A DNA stretch of 64,000 nucleotides from contig CAXXKA010000006.1 of NCBI GenBank assembly GCA_963668625.2, positions 855,122 to 919,121 on the forward strand, read 5' to 3'. The notes under the pieces were generated by a model. It made no database searches, was not told the DNA's origin, and was given only the letters and a program-made list of their open reading frames with translations. Shown in pieces: positions 1-10,293 of the stretch (the stretch's first letter is position 1; each line of letters begins with the position of its first letter). A program made the position numbers and the translations under genes. The DNA comes from an uncultured candidate division Zixibacteria bacterium. GTDB lineage: Bacteria; Zixibacteria; MSB-5A5; UBA10806; 4484-95.

Positions 1-950
1 GAGTGATGTTCTTTATTGCGCGAACCGCCACATTGTATGAAGGCGATAGATTTGACCTCTTTGCCATCGGAGGGACGGCTTATCTTACCATAGTTTTTAA
101 CCATCTCCTCAAAATCAACGTTACGTATTACATTGTTGAATTTAGCGTAGGGTAAATTGCTGTCTATGGCCTTTGGCCTCCAGCCGGTCGCTTGAACGAT
201 AGAACCTACCCTGAAAGTATCAAGCGGCTCGGCATCGATATTGCCGTTTTCGGAAGGTTTAACCGTGACATCGAACAAGCCGGGCGCGCCCTCGATACGT
301 GAGGTAACCGCCGATTTGAATACTTTAACACGCTTGTGATGCTCGACTTGCTCGATCAATTCGTTAACACCGACATCCTCAAGCTCACGGAACGGCGGTT
401 TCGTTGGAATGGATTTATGTTGTTTGCCAAGCCAGCCGCCGAGCTTATCGGATTTCTCCACCAGTTTGACTTTATAGCCGGTATTGGCCGCTTCCAGGGC
501 CGCGGTTAATCCGGTGATGCCGCCGCCTACTACCAGGATATTCTTGTTGATCTCCTCCTCGGATTTAAACGGCTCGAGCGGCTGCATTTTTTTGATTTTA
601 GCGATATACATGCGCAGGTAGTCCTCGGCCATCATCTGCGTATCCTCCTCGTTGGGAGGCTGGCACCAGACCACATGCTCACGTATGGGGATTTTCTCGA
701 CTATCACATCCGCCGGAAACATATCATCACTGTATTGACGGGGTGATACGCCGGCGATAACCACCTTATTGAGCTGCTGGCTTTCTATATCGCGATTAAT
801 CGATTCTATATCGGGTATCTCGCATGAATCGATTTTCTTACAGAAAGGCGCCTTGTGCTCATCGGTGGCTACCTTACACAATGCCTCGATATCGATTGCC
901 TCGGCTATTCCATAACCCGTACATATGAAGACACCTATTTTATCCTCCAT
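1..950 (-). CDS. qmoB: QmoB (HdrA-like flavoprotein), 3' end truncated by window edge
   Basis: Not in ORF track; manual translation MEDKIGVFICTGYGIAEAIDIEAL...IREHVVWCQPPNEEDTQMMAEDYLRMYIAK...ILVVGGGITGLTAALEAANTGYKVKLVEK...IVQATGW...IAFIQCGGSR; directly downstream of qmoA with RBS GAGG. Confidence 0.85.
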   Translation of the reverse strand, partial: MEDKIGVFICTGYGIAEAIDIEALCKVATDEHKAPFCKKIDSCEIPDIESINRDIESQQLNKVVIAGVSPRQYSDDMFPADVIVEKIPIREHVVWCQPPNEEDTQMMAEDYLRMYIAKIKKMQPLEPFKSEEEINKNILVVGGGITGLTAALEAANTGYKVKLVEKSDKLGGWLGKQHKSIPTKPPFRELEDVGVNELIEQVEHHKRVKVFKSAVTSRIEGAPGLFDVTVKPSENGNIDAEPLDTFRVGSIVQATGWRPKAIDSNLPYAKFNNVIRNVDFEEMVKNYGKISRPSDGKEVKSIAFIQCGGSRNKEHH

Positions 951-954
951 AACC

Positions 955-2214
955 TCACTCTCCTTCATTCAGGCATTGAATAGCTTTCAGTGCGGCCGAG
1001 GTAGAATCCTTTGTCGCCCGCGAAACCTCGCACGGATGCTTGGCGCAGCCGACAGCGTAAATACCGTTGCCGTTCGCGCCGTTGTCTATGAATCCGTATT
1101 TATCATAATTGACCTCAACCGGGAATTTCAGTCCCTCGGTATTGGGTACCATACCGGTTGCCAGCACCACCATATCGAATTGGTCATGCAGGTTCTCTCG
1201 AGTGATAGTGTCCTCGACATCAAGGATGAGATTGTGATTATCTCTCTCGGAGATTTCAGCCACCTTACCTTTTATGAAATTGATATGATCATCATCAAGG
1301 ATGTTGTAGTAGAATTTCTCGTGACGGCCAACTGCGCGGATATCTATGTAAAACATGGTTGCTTTAGTGTTTTCGTTACTCTGCCTGAGATATCTCATAT
1401 GTTTAAGCGAGGCCATGCAACAAACAGCCGAGCAGTAGGGGAGATGGTTGTCATCCCGGGAGCCCGCGCATTGCACGAACGCCACGTTCTCCGCCGGTTT
1501 GCCATCGGAGGGGCGAAGTATTTTACCGCCGGTGGGGCCGCCCGCCGAGGCGAAACGTTCCATCATGACATTAGTAATTACATTAGGGAATTTGCCATAA
1601 CCGAGGTTGTCGAGATTGTTAGCGTCGTAAGGATGCCAGCCGGTGGCTACGATTATCGCGCCGACATCGAAAGCAATCACCTTATCTGTCATTTCCAAAT
1701 CGATTGCTCCCTCAGGGCAGATTTTCAGTATGTTGTCGGCGTCCTCCTCGGAAAGCGCCTCGCGATCGAGCATGTAGGTAGAGGGATATGCCATATCATG
1801 AGGTATGTACAGGGCTTTGGTGTTATCCAGGCCATAGTTGAAATCGTTTGGCCGTTCGGATTTCAGCTTATCGGCCATTTCCTCATCGATAGGTTTCCGG
1901 CCGGTTACATATCTTGGCTTAAGCCTTACTTTCACCCGGAAATCTCCAACCTCGCCGGAGATTTTCTCTACCTCGGCTAAAGTGTGTATTGTAATCCGGG
2001 GATTATTTCTGATTCTCCTGGTGTTGATTTCGAAGCCGCAGGTGGGTGGGCACATTTTGGGGAAATAGCGGTACATGCGCATTACCCTGCCGCCCAGATA
2101 TGCCTCTTTTTCGACAAGTATAACCCGATAACCTACCTCGGCTGCCTCGACTGCCGCAGTTATGCCTGCAATTCCACCGCCAATTACCAGAATTGGTTTC
2201 GCATTGTTATTCAT
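955..2214 (-). CDS. qmoA: QmoA, HdrA-family FAD protein of the APS-reductase-associated Qmo complex
   Basis: GGGIAG Rossmann motif, YFPKMCPPTCG, FVQCAGSRD..LPYCSAVCC cluster motif, about 420 aa with no ferredoxin insert. Confidence 0.88.
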   Translation of the reverse strand: MNNNAKPILVIGGGIAGITAAVEAAEVGYRVILVEKEAYLGGRVMRMYRYFPKMCPPTCGFEINTRRIRNNPRITIHTLAEVEKISGEVGDFRVKVRLKPRYVTGRKPIDEEMADKLKSERPNDFNYGLDNTKALYIPHDMAYPSTYMLDREALSEEDADNILKICPEGAIDLEMTDKVIAFDVGAIIVATGWHPYDANNLDNLGYGKFPNVITNVMMERFASAGGPTGGKILRPSDGKPAENVAFVQCAGSRDDNHLPYCSAVCCMASLKHMRYLRQSNENTKATMFYIDIRAVGRHEKFYYNILDDDHINFIKGKVAEISERDNHNLILDVEDTITRENLHDQFDMVVLATGMVPNTEGLKFPVEVNYDKYGFIDNGANGNGIYAVGCAKHPCEVSRATKDSTSAALKAIQCLNEGE

Positions 2215-2741
2215 TTTTATCTCTCGAATTAAATATTGATATCATCGATGTTTCACCTTGCGCTGATACTAGTGGACCGTAGAGTCGCATTATTTCCGGT
2301 ATAGTTGTCCGTTCAGTCATTTTTAAAAAAGAAAATAATAAACGCACGATAACCGGAGACCGGCTGTAATACCACTGTGATAGTTTCCCTGTTGTATTCT
2401 TATTTTCAAAGAAAAACAGAAATTATATTGTAATGTCTCTGGTGCTAATCTTGTAAATTGATATTGCTAACTTAACCTACGTTCATATCAGAAATTTGTC
2501 AAGAGTTTTTTATTCGATTAATATTACACTTTATGTTCGCATAGTAAAAATAACGAACTCCGATTGTACTAAAATTATTAAGAAATATAGCAAGAGTTAA
2601 CACGATTCACTATACGAGTTTTTGATAAGAGATATTAATTTGTGAATCCCGAATCGGCGCTACACCGGTTTTTGGGGGCAGATAGATACTAGATATTGCA
2701 TTATAAGTTATTTAAATTGTATCAGAGAATATTTAACCTGC

Positions 2742-2768
2742 TCAATCAGACCTATAAAATGCCGAAAT
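2742..2768 (+). promoter_or_regulatory. Sigma28 (FliA/WhiG)-like promoter
   Basis: TCAA-N15-GCCGAAAT upstream of the GGDEF/EAL gene. Confidence 0.45.
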
Positions 2769-2837
2769 CTATAACAAGTCGTGATATCTCGGTTAGGTCT
2801 AATATTTTACGCGTGTTTCGTTGGAGTGATCGATTAG

Positions 2838-4580
2838 GTGATAAAAATCAAACTTAATATGCTGATTATTGGTTCGCAGTATAAAACCATTAATAAAATT
2901 CGCGCTATTCTAAAACATACCGAACAAATGGATGTTAAAGTTACTTACTCGTACAGCTTTGCCAATGGCCTGGCAAAATGCCGGGATAATCATCATGATA
3001 TTATTCTGATAAGCAAAAGCACCGAGAGTTATACCGAATTGGAGATATTGGAAACTCTCAGGCATGAGGGAGATGATCGCCCGATCGTGGTTATTTCCAG
3101 TATCTATGATGACAACCTGGCGGCTTCACTCATTAAGGCCGGCGCGGATGATTATATGCGTGCGGATACTATTGATGAGGGCTCGTTTTTAAAATCCGTA
3201 AGATATGCCCTGGATCGTTCTCGAATGCGTTTGATGTTAAAACGTGCCCAGCAATTGGAACATCATATGGCCTACCATGATCAATTGACCAATCTTCCTA
3301 ACCGTCAGCTTCTAATTGACAGGCTTCACCAGGCAATCAATCAGAGCCTGCGTTCGGGCGTGTACATGGGGGTTATTTATCTGGATTTGAATGAGTTCAA
3401 GGATGTTAACGATACACTGGGCCATAAGATAGGTGATTTGCTGTTAAAGTCGGTGGCCGAGCGTCTGAAGCATAGTATTCGCCAGAGTGATACGGTATCA
3501 CGGCTGGGTGGGGATGAGTTTATGGTAATACTAAACGGAATCGCCGGCCCTCGCGATGCCGCGCGAGTTGCTAAAAAGATCAATATCGAACTGGCTAAAC
3601 CTCATAAACTGGAGAACCATTCAGTCAGCATGTCAGCCAGTATCGGAATCAGTATTTTCCCGTGGGATGGCGACAATGTCGATTCGCTTATGAAAAACGC
3701 CGATAAAGCAATGTATTTGGCCAAGCGTTACAACACCGGGTACCAATTTTACCATCGTACCATGAACGAGCAGGTTGAGGCGAAAATCAGACTCGAACGA
3801 AACCTGTTAAACGCCCTGAAAAATGACGAGCTAGTGCTTCATTTTCAGCCCATACTCGAAACATATAGTAATAATGTCAGCGCTTTCGAGGTACTATTAA
3901 GATGGAACCATCCCGAGGTTGGCATGATGTATCCGATCGATTTCTTGCCCGTGGCCGAGGAGAGCGATCTTATCCAGAAGATTCAGAGCTGGGTCATAAA
4001 TGCCAGTATAGGGTATCTTGAAGAAATTAGAAAATTCAATTATACTGCCAAATTTTCCATTAATGTATGTAATCGGGTAAATCAAAGAGACGATTATAAA
4101 CAATGGTTCGATTATAAAATCAGCGAGTTCGGAAACTACGCGGAAAATTTCATACTGGAATTTAACGATCCAACCTCGATGGAAAATATAGATGATTTAT
4201 CGATTTTGCTAAGGCAGGCTAAAAAAAACGGCCTTCAGGTTGTGATAGATAATTTCGGTAGCGGTTTCTCCTCGCTGGCTTTATTAAATAATTTACCACT
4301 TGATATGGTCAAAATCGATAGATCGCTTTTGAAAGTTGATTCTCAATCGTTAAATGATATTCAATTACTTGATGGCCTGGTTGATTTGACTCATCGCATA
4401 GGGCTAAAATCGATAGCCTCCGGAATAGAGACAAAGGAGCAGGATTTGTTCGCCGACAGGATAGAATGCGATTTGAAACAAGGTTATTACTACAGTAAAC
4501 CGTTTCCCGGCAGTCAATTGAAATCATACATAAGTAATTCAATGAAATCTGCGAAACAGACGTTCAGCCAGGTAAAGTGA
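2838..4580 (+). CDS. (Pseudo)receiver-GGDEF-EAL protein
   Basis: HDQLTNLPNR, SRLGGDEF, EVLLRW, IDNFGSGFSSL, QGYYYSKP; N-terminal REC-like fold. Confidence 0.92.
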   Translation: MIKIKLNMLIIGSQYKTINKIRAILKHTEQMDVKVTYSYSFANGLAKCRDNHHDIILISKSTESYTELEILETLRHEGDDRPIVVISSIYDDNLAASLIKAGADDYMRADTIDEGSFLKSVRYALDRSRMRLMLKRAQQLEHHMAYHDQLTNLPNRQLLIDRLHQAINQSLRSGVYMGVIYLDLNEFKDVNDTLGHKIGDLLLKSVAERLKHSIRQSDTVSRLGGDEFMVILNGIAGPRDAARVAKKINIELAKPHKLENHSVSMSASIGISIFPWDGDNVDSLMKNADKAMYLAKRYNTGYQFYHRTMNEQVEAKIRLERNLLNALKNDELVLHFQPILETYSNNVSAFEVLLRWNHPEVGMMYPIDFLPVAEESDLIQKIQSWVINASIGYLEEIRKFNYTAKFSINVCNRVNQRDDYKQWFDYKISEFGNYAENFILEFNDPTSMENIDDLSILLRQAKKNGLQVVIDNFGSGFSSLALLNNLPLDMVKIDRSLLKVDSQSLNDIQLLDGLVDLTHRIGLKSIASGIETKEQDLFADRIECDLKQGYYYSKPFPGSQLKSYISNSMKSAKQTFSQVK

Positions 4581-5484
4581 TTTCTGAAATTTGATCCGGT
4601 GTTTCTATAGCTATTTTTTTGAGCTCGATCCGCTTTTTCGTGTCATACAGTTGTTCGAGATATTTGAATGCCACCACACCGATAATACCTATAACTATGC
4701 CGGCGATAACATCCAGAGGGTAATGGTATCGGCCGTAAATCGTAGCCAGTATCAGCGTAATGAGTACCGGCGCTAAGGCCACGAATAGCCTTTTACCATA
4801 ACGAAAAACCAGGATAAACATGACCGTGGCCGCCGAACAATGTGCCGAGGGGAAAGCCCCGCCTTTAAGCATATGATCCGATTCCAGCATTTTGGTGAAC
4901 GATCGGAATATGTAACCTTTCAGCTCGACCGAATACATATCGGCCATAGCCACCCGGGGGCCAACTACTGGAATCAGCGAGTAAAGCACGTAGCAAATAA
5001 AAAACGAAATTAACAGCGAACCCAACAGATGTCGCCATTCGTTATCGCGATGGGTGGCGTATAACCAGATAGTAGTGAACGGGATCAGTAGCAGGTAGAC
5101 AGAGTATGAAAGCAGCATCCACTCGGTAAGAAGGGGATGATAGTATTTCTGCACCCAGATAGTGGGGTGTACTCCGAAAAACCAATTCTCCAGATCGATA
5201 ATATAATCATCGAAAACACCATCGAAAAACATATGCACCTGATGCCCCGCTACCTGGTAGAAAAACACGGTAAGCACCACAGGATAGAGGCTGCCGATAA
5301 ATTTACACACCCTGTTTTTGAATCTGATTCTGAGGAATATACTGATTAACGTAAGCGCCAGGCATCCCGAGTAAACCGAAATGATATAATACGGGTCATC
5401 GAGATTATAACCCAGTAGCGATACGTAAAGTATCTGAAATATGCAGTAACTGATCACTATCAGATCGATAAGTGTCAGTTTCAT
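4564..5484 (-). CDS. PAP2-superfamily membrane phosphoesterase/phosphotransferase (Aur1/Ipt1-like)
   Basis: PVVGPR, AFPSAH, GRYHYPLD motifs; multiple TM helices; start placed at MKLTL (track start 5517 overlaps the upstream gene). Confidence 0.85.
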   Translation of the reverse strand: MKLTLIDLIVISYCIFQILYVSLLGYNLDDPYYIISVYSGCLALTLISIFLRIRFKNRVCKFIGSLYPVVLTVFFYQVAGHQVHMFFDGVFDDYIIDLENWFFGVHPTIWVQKYYHPLLTEWMLLSYSVYLLLIPFTTIWLYATHRDNEWRHLLGSLLISFFICYVLYSLIPVVGPRVAMADMYSVELKGYIFRSFTKMLESDHMLKGGAFPSAHCSAATVMFILVFRYGKRLFVALAPVLITLILATIYGRYHYPLDVIAGIVIGIIGVVAFKYLEQLYDTKKRIELKKIAIETPDQISEITLPG

Positions 5485-5500
5485 GATTTGCTCTTTTAGT

Positions 5501-6184
5501 TTACCGCCCATATACAATGAATATATCCAATGCCACCCCTAGTGTCCAGTGCCATATGAATATCGGCCAGATAGATCGGGTTTTCAGGACAATTATCCCG
5601 AAAACTATCCCGGCAAAAATCGCGCTGAATATCTCGCCATCCGGTTTGCCGATATGTATCAGACAGGAGGGGATGGTTTGAATAAGCACGCTGTTTAGTT
5701 CTCCGAATTTACTTTTCAATCCGAATAGCATGAAACCCCGGAAAAACACCTCCCAGCCTATATAGTACAGGCCATACATGAGCCAGTATTGCCAGCCGAC
5801 CGAGTGATTATGCAATAGTCCCCGGTATAGCGGATACTCAGCCATGAAATCGGGATTATCGGCGGTCAGGTACGCAATCAGTACCATCACCGGTATACCT
5901 GCTATCGCGATAATCAACGATAATCTGCTGATACCTAATGACAGCCCCATATCTTTTAAATAATCTCCGAATCCGAAACGCCAGATTAATACTGGAATTA
6001 TACCCATCAAAACGAAAGAGGCTAAAAAATAATAGTACTGAGATATCGGGCCGTTTACCGGGCCGAAATGATTTTCATAAAAATCCGCTGAGCCGTAATA
6101 AACAAATATCGTAAGTACGATCGAACAATACAACAGTATAGCCGAGGTTCTCACATTACTGATTTTTGGAATTTCTAAACGCAT
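5501..6184 (-). CDS. CPBP (CAAX/Abi) family intramembrane protease
   Basis: WEVFFRG, LIHIGKP..E, IFIWHW motifs; hydrophobic. Confidence 0.85.
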   Translation of the reverse strand: MRLEIPKISNVRTSAILLYCSIVLTIFVYYGSADFYENHFGPVNGPISQYYYFLASFVLMGIIPVLIWRFGFGDYLKDMGLSLGISRLSLIIAIAGIPVMVLIAYLTADNPDFMAEYPLYRGLLHNHSVGWQYWLMYGLYYIGWEVFFRGFMLFGLKSKFGELNSVLIQTIPSCLIHIGKPDGEIFSAIFAGIVFGIIVLKTRSIWPIFIWHWTLGVALDIFIVYGR

Positions 6185-6313
6185 TTACACTCCTGCAACT
6201 AATACGTGAATGCCTATTATAGGGTTCAATTAAATCCCTGTCAATAATATACAAAATACTTGATATGCATCCGAATCTGATATATGTTTGGTGAATTGAG
6301 AAAGGATGCTTAA

Positions 6314-7732
6314 ATGAAGAGAATGCTTACTTTGTTTGTTGTCTGTGCCGTAACCCTGTTTACTTACCAGGTGTTTGCCCAGATTGGCCACGAACAGGAA
6401 ACTGAGATACGCGATACTTCATCAGTTTTCGAAAAACATGTCGAGCCTGTCGAAAGCTCGGAACATCAAACTGAGCCCGTGGAGTCCGAGGATTCCGGCC
6501 ACGGGAACTCCGACTTTGCCGAAATCTTGATTTCACTGGTGATTATTTTATTGGCGGCTAAAATTGGCGGTGATTTATGCGAGAGGATAAAACAACCGGC
6601 AGTTTTAGGCGAGCTGTTGTTTGGTGTAATTATCGGTAACCTGTATTTGTTGGGATTTCATGGATTCGAGCACATTAAGCATCACATTTCAATCGAAATA
6701 TTGGCGGAAATAGGCGTAATCATCCTGCTTTTCGAGGTTGGTCTGGAGTCGAATCTCAAAGAAATGATCAAAGTCGGCTTGCTATCGTTTTTGGTGGCCG
6801 TGCTTGGCGTAATCGCGCCGTTTTTGCTCGGCTGGGGCGTTTCGGCGTATTTTATGCCTGAAGCCTCGATATATGTCCACGTATTCATAGGCGCGACTTT
6901 AACCGCCACCTCGGTGGGAATAACCGCCAGGGTTCTTCAAGATATGGGGAAAATTCGAACTCGGGAATCGAAGATTATTCTGGGAGCGGCAGTTATCGAT
7001 GATATTCTCGGGCTCGTAATCCTGGCAATCGTTATGGGTATCATAACCTCGGTAAATACCGGCGGTGGTGATGTTTCCAGCCTCCAGATACTGTTGATCG
7101 TCGGCAAAGCGTTCGCGTTTATCGTAGGCTCGATCCTGATAGGCGGCTTTCTTGCACCTTATCTTTTCAGGTTCGTTGCCCGGATGCGTGGGGCCGGGCT
7201 ATTAATATCGTTTGCCCTGATGTTCTGTTTCGTGCTGGCTTATATCGCCCAACTCATTAATTTAGCTCCGATCGTTGGCGCATTCGCCGCAGGTCTAATC
7301 CTCGATGATGTCCATTATAAGAGCCTGACAGATAAAGGCGAGAAACAGCTCGGCGAGTTACTTAAACCAATTGCTGCATTCCTGGTACCGATATTTTTCG
7401 TTCATATGGGCATGCGGGTAGAACTTCTGAGCTTTGGCAATGTTGCCATTCTCGGTTTCGCCATGGTTTTGACACTGGTTGCTATAATAGGCAAGCAGAT
7501 TTGCTCGCTGGGAGTTGTTTTCGAGAAAAATATCAATAAATGGGTTATCGGACTGGGGATGATACCCAGAGGCGAAGTAGGCCTGATATTCGCCGGGATC
7601 GGTTCCAAGCTTATGATCGATAATGTACCGGTTATCGATTCGAACACGTTCTCAGCGGTTGTCATTATGGTTATCCTTACAACTTTGATAACACCTCCTG
7701 TTTTAAAGGCAGTATTTTCAAGAAGTTCTTAG
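6314..7732 (+). CDS. Cation:proton antiporter (CPA2, NapA-like)
   Basis: QPAVLGEL, LLFEVGLE, ATSVGIT, AAVIDD, GMIPRGEV. Confidence 0.92.
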   Translation: MKRMLTLFVVCAVTLFTYQVFAQIGHEQETEIRDTSSVFEKHVEPVESSEHQTEPVESEDSGHGNSDFAEILISLVIILLAAKIGGDLCERIKQPAVLGELLFGVIIGNLYLLGFHGFEHIKHHISIEILAEIGVIILLFEVGLESNLKEMIKVGLLSFLVAVLGVIAPFLLGWGVSAYFMPEASIYVHVFIGATLTATSVGITARVLQDMGKIRTRESKIILGAAVIDDILGLVILAIVMGIITSVNTGGGDVSSLQILLIVGKAFAFIVGSILIGGFLAPYLFRFVARMRGAGLLISFALMFCFVLAYIAQLINLAPIVGAFAAGLILDDVHYKSLTDKGEKQLGELLKPIAAFLVPIFFVHMGMRVELLSFGNVAILGFAMVLTLVAIIGKQICSLGVVFEKNINKWVIGLGMIPRGEVGLIFAGIGSKLMIDNVPVIDSNTFSAVVIMVILTTLITPPVLKAVFSRSS

Positions 7733-7740
7733 TGACTTCC

Positions 7741-7767
7741 TTAACATATCCACCTATATGACGATAA
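7741..7767 (+). promoter_or_regulatory. Sigma28-like promoter
   Basis: TTAA-N15-GACGATAA upstream of the diguanylate cyclase operon. Confidence 0.45.
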
Positions 7768-7792
7768 AGAAATAAGGTGGATAGGTACGTTT

Positions 7793-9346
7793 ATGTCTTT
7801 GACCGGTAGAATCGAAAAACTTTATTTTATCGCCAAGCTGTTCGCTATAGCGCCGCTGGTTAGCTGGGTTTACTTCCATGCTAAAAGCGATATATTATCC
7901 CAATTTACAGTACTACTTCTTGTTTATGGTCTTATAAACATGCTAATCATGTGGTTGTCGGGTAAACGCCTGATCAAAGGATCCGGTATATATTTCCCGT
8001 TAACAGCTATTGATGTGCTTTACGTATTCTCCTCGATGGCTTATTTCGGGGAAGCGACACAGAATATGTATGTGCTGTTTTATTTCTTGATACTACTGCT
8101 TTCGATTATCAGGCCTGCCTCGGCGGTTATACTGGCTGCTGCCGTTTTTACCGTTACATATATAAGCACCTCGTTAATCAGTCCGGAAACGGTTACTGTC
8201 GGCGAGATAGTGATACGTTGTTTATATATTTGGCTTACCGGCGGAATGGGCTTTTTTATTGCTCGCTTTATCGGCTCCTCGGAGAAAAAACTGCTTAAAA
8301 CCCTGGATGTTTTAAACGAACGTACATGGGAACTCGAATCTTCTCAGTCTATGCTCGAGAATATGTACGAGACAACGCGAATGTTTTCTACGATTCTCGA
8401 CATCTACGAGTTAATGGATTCGGTATTGAATGTCGCTAAAGAGCTTCTTCAGGTGAAAAAATGTACTATTATGATGATTGATCAACGTGATAAAAACCTC
8501 TGTATCTATGCTGAACTCGATTATAATAAGAAACATATCTATAAACCGCCGAAAAGCGTCTCGGAAAAGATGCCAAACGATATCGGTTCTTTAATTGCCG
8601 CCAAATACAGCGAAAGGCTGATTATTGGCGAGGATAAAAGCAAACGGGTGATGGAGGTGCCGCTTATATCTCATGGCAAAGTGCTGGGGCTTATCCAGAT
8701 AGAGCCCCCGGCGAATCAGGAATATGCCGAAAAGGAACGCAAGAATTTCACCATCCTGGCCAACGCCACCGCTATCGCTATGGATAACGCGGTTTTGCAT
8801 ATGAAAATGCAGGAGTTAACGGTCATCGATGAGTTAACCGGGTTGTTTAATTATCGCTATTTCAGGTCAAAACTCTCCGATGAGGTAAGACGTGCCGAAA
8901 GATATCATCAAACCATGTCAATCTTAATGATCGATGTGGATCATTTTAAGGAAATAAACGATACCCAGGGACATCAAACAGGTAATATAATACTTCAGGA
9001 GATAGTAAGCCTGATCAAGCGCTCGGTTCGGGATGTCGATGTCGTTGCCAGGTACGGCGGCGAGGAGTTCGTGGTTTTATTGCCGCAAACACAAATCAAG
9101 CATGCGATGACAATTGCCGAGAGAATGCGTCGCAATGTGGAAAAATCGTATTTCACGAATTTCCAGGGACAACGAGAGATCAGGGCGACGATCTCGATTG
9201 GCGTGGCTGTGTATCCCGATGGCGTCGACACTACCGATCAGCTTCTGGATAAAGTCGATCAAGCCATGTATCGGGCTAAGCGGGATGGCCGTAACCGGGT
9301 TGTCGATGCCGGAGCGATTATTGCACGGGTTAAAGCAAGCGAATGA
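7793..9346 (+). CDS. Membrane sensor GAF-GGDEF diguanylate cyclase
   Basis: N-terminal TM helices, GAF, DELTGLFN, DVDHFK, RDVD I-site, RYGGEEF. Confidence 0.93.
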   Translation: MSLTGRIEKLYFIAKLFAIAPLVSWVYFHAKSDILSQFTVLLLVYGLINMLIMWLSGKRLIKGSGIYFPLTAIDVLYVFSSMAYFGEATQNMYVLFYFLILLLSIIRPASAVILAAAVFTVTYISTSLISPETVTVGEIVIRCLYIWLTGGMGFFIARFIGSSEKKLLKTLDVLNERTWELESSQSMLENMYETTRMFSTILDIYELMDSVLNVAKELLQVKKCTIMMIDQRDKNLCIYAELDYNKKHIYKPPKSVSEKMPNDIGSLIAAKYSERLIIGEDKSKRVMEVPLISHGKVLGLIQIEPPANQEYAEKERKNFTILANATAIAMDNAVLHMKMQELTVIDELTGLFNYRYFRSKLSDEVRRAERYHQTMSILMIDVDHFKEINDTQGHQTGNIILQEIVSLIKRSVRDVDVVARYGGEEFVVLLPQTQIKHAMTIAERMRRNVEKSYFTNFQGQREIRATISIGVAVYPDGVDTTDQLLDKVDQAMYRAKRDGRNRVVDAGAIIARVKASE

Positions 9347-10293
9347 GCAGTATCACGGAAAGACTGATTTTAGGAATAAAAAATACTATACTTGATGATG
9401 ACGAGCGACGAATACTTCAACGTATCAGTCCCGGCGGCATTATCTTATTCGATAGAAATATCGAAAGCCTGCCTCAGCTTGAAGCTCTTGTCGATGATAT
9501 TAATTCTATTCTGGCCAATAAGCCGTTTATCGCGATAGATTTCGAGGGCGGCCGGGTAAGACGAGGCTCGGAGTTTTTCGGCAGGCTGGAGATGCCCGCT
9601 TATTACAAGGGAGATAAATTCAGCGAACTATCCGGTCATGCCAAAGCTGTTGCCATAATATTTAACGATATCGGCATAAATCTGAATTTTGCGCCTGTAG
9701 CCGATCTTGATTATCTACCGCTAAATCCGGCGTTGACCGGCCGCGTGTACTCGGAGCGATTCGAGGAAGTCGCGCGATATTGCAGCGAATTTATCGACGC
9801 CTTTCAAGGTAACGGCATTCTCTGTTGCTTGAAACATTTTCCCGGTCTCGGCTCCGCTGTTAACGATCCTCATAAGGCAGTATCTATAAGCTGTAGACCT
9901 GCCGAGAGTATAATCGAAAATGATATCAACTCGTTTCGGGCAGGTATCGAACATAGCCCTGGATTTCTCATGACCAGCCATATTATTTTAGCCGAACTCG
10001 ATAATGTTATTGCGACGTACTCGGAAAAGGTGATACATTTAGCCCGGAATATAGGCTTTGAGGGTGTGATTGTCAGCGATGATCTATCTATGGGAGCTGT
10101 TGATGAGTTATCGCCGGCCGAGCGGGCGCATAATGCTCTCAAAGCGGGCCACGATATGGCGCTTATTTGCCATGATAACGATAAATACGAGGATATTGCC
10201 GAATATCTCGAAAAGAATATTGACACGCTCGTAAAACACGGGCATATCGAGGCGTTAAACAGAATCAGAAATGCGAAAAACGAACTGCCTTAA
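9343..10293 (+). CDS. nagZ: Beta-N-acetylhexosaminidase (GH3)
   Basis: GGIILFDRN, IDFEGGRV, NFAPVAD, KHFPGLG..DPH, SDDLSMGA. Confidence 0.9.
   Translation: MSSITERLILGIKNTILDDDERRILQRISPGGIILFDRNIESLPQLEALVDDINSILANKPFIAIDFEGGRVRRGSEFFGRLEMPAYYKGDKFSELSGHAKAVAIIFNDIGINLNFAPVADLDYLPLNPALTGRVYSERFEEVARYCSEFIDAFQGNGILCCLKHFPGLGSAVNDPHKAVSISCRPAESIIENDINSFRAGIEHSPGFLMTSHIILAELDNVIATYSEKVIHLARNIGFEGVIVSDDLSMGAVDELSPAERAHNALKAGHDMALICHDNDKYEDIAEYLEKNIDTLVKHGHIEALNRIRNAKNELP

Noticed and set aside
925-1980. 351-aa + strand ORF
   Set aside because: Antisense shadow of qmoA with no recognisable motifs
2215-2500. Long qmoA leader as a riboswitch
   Set aside because: No recognisable aptamer consensus
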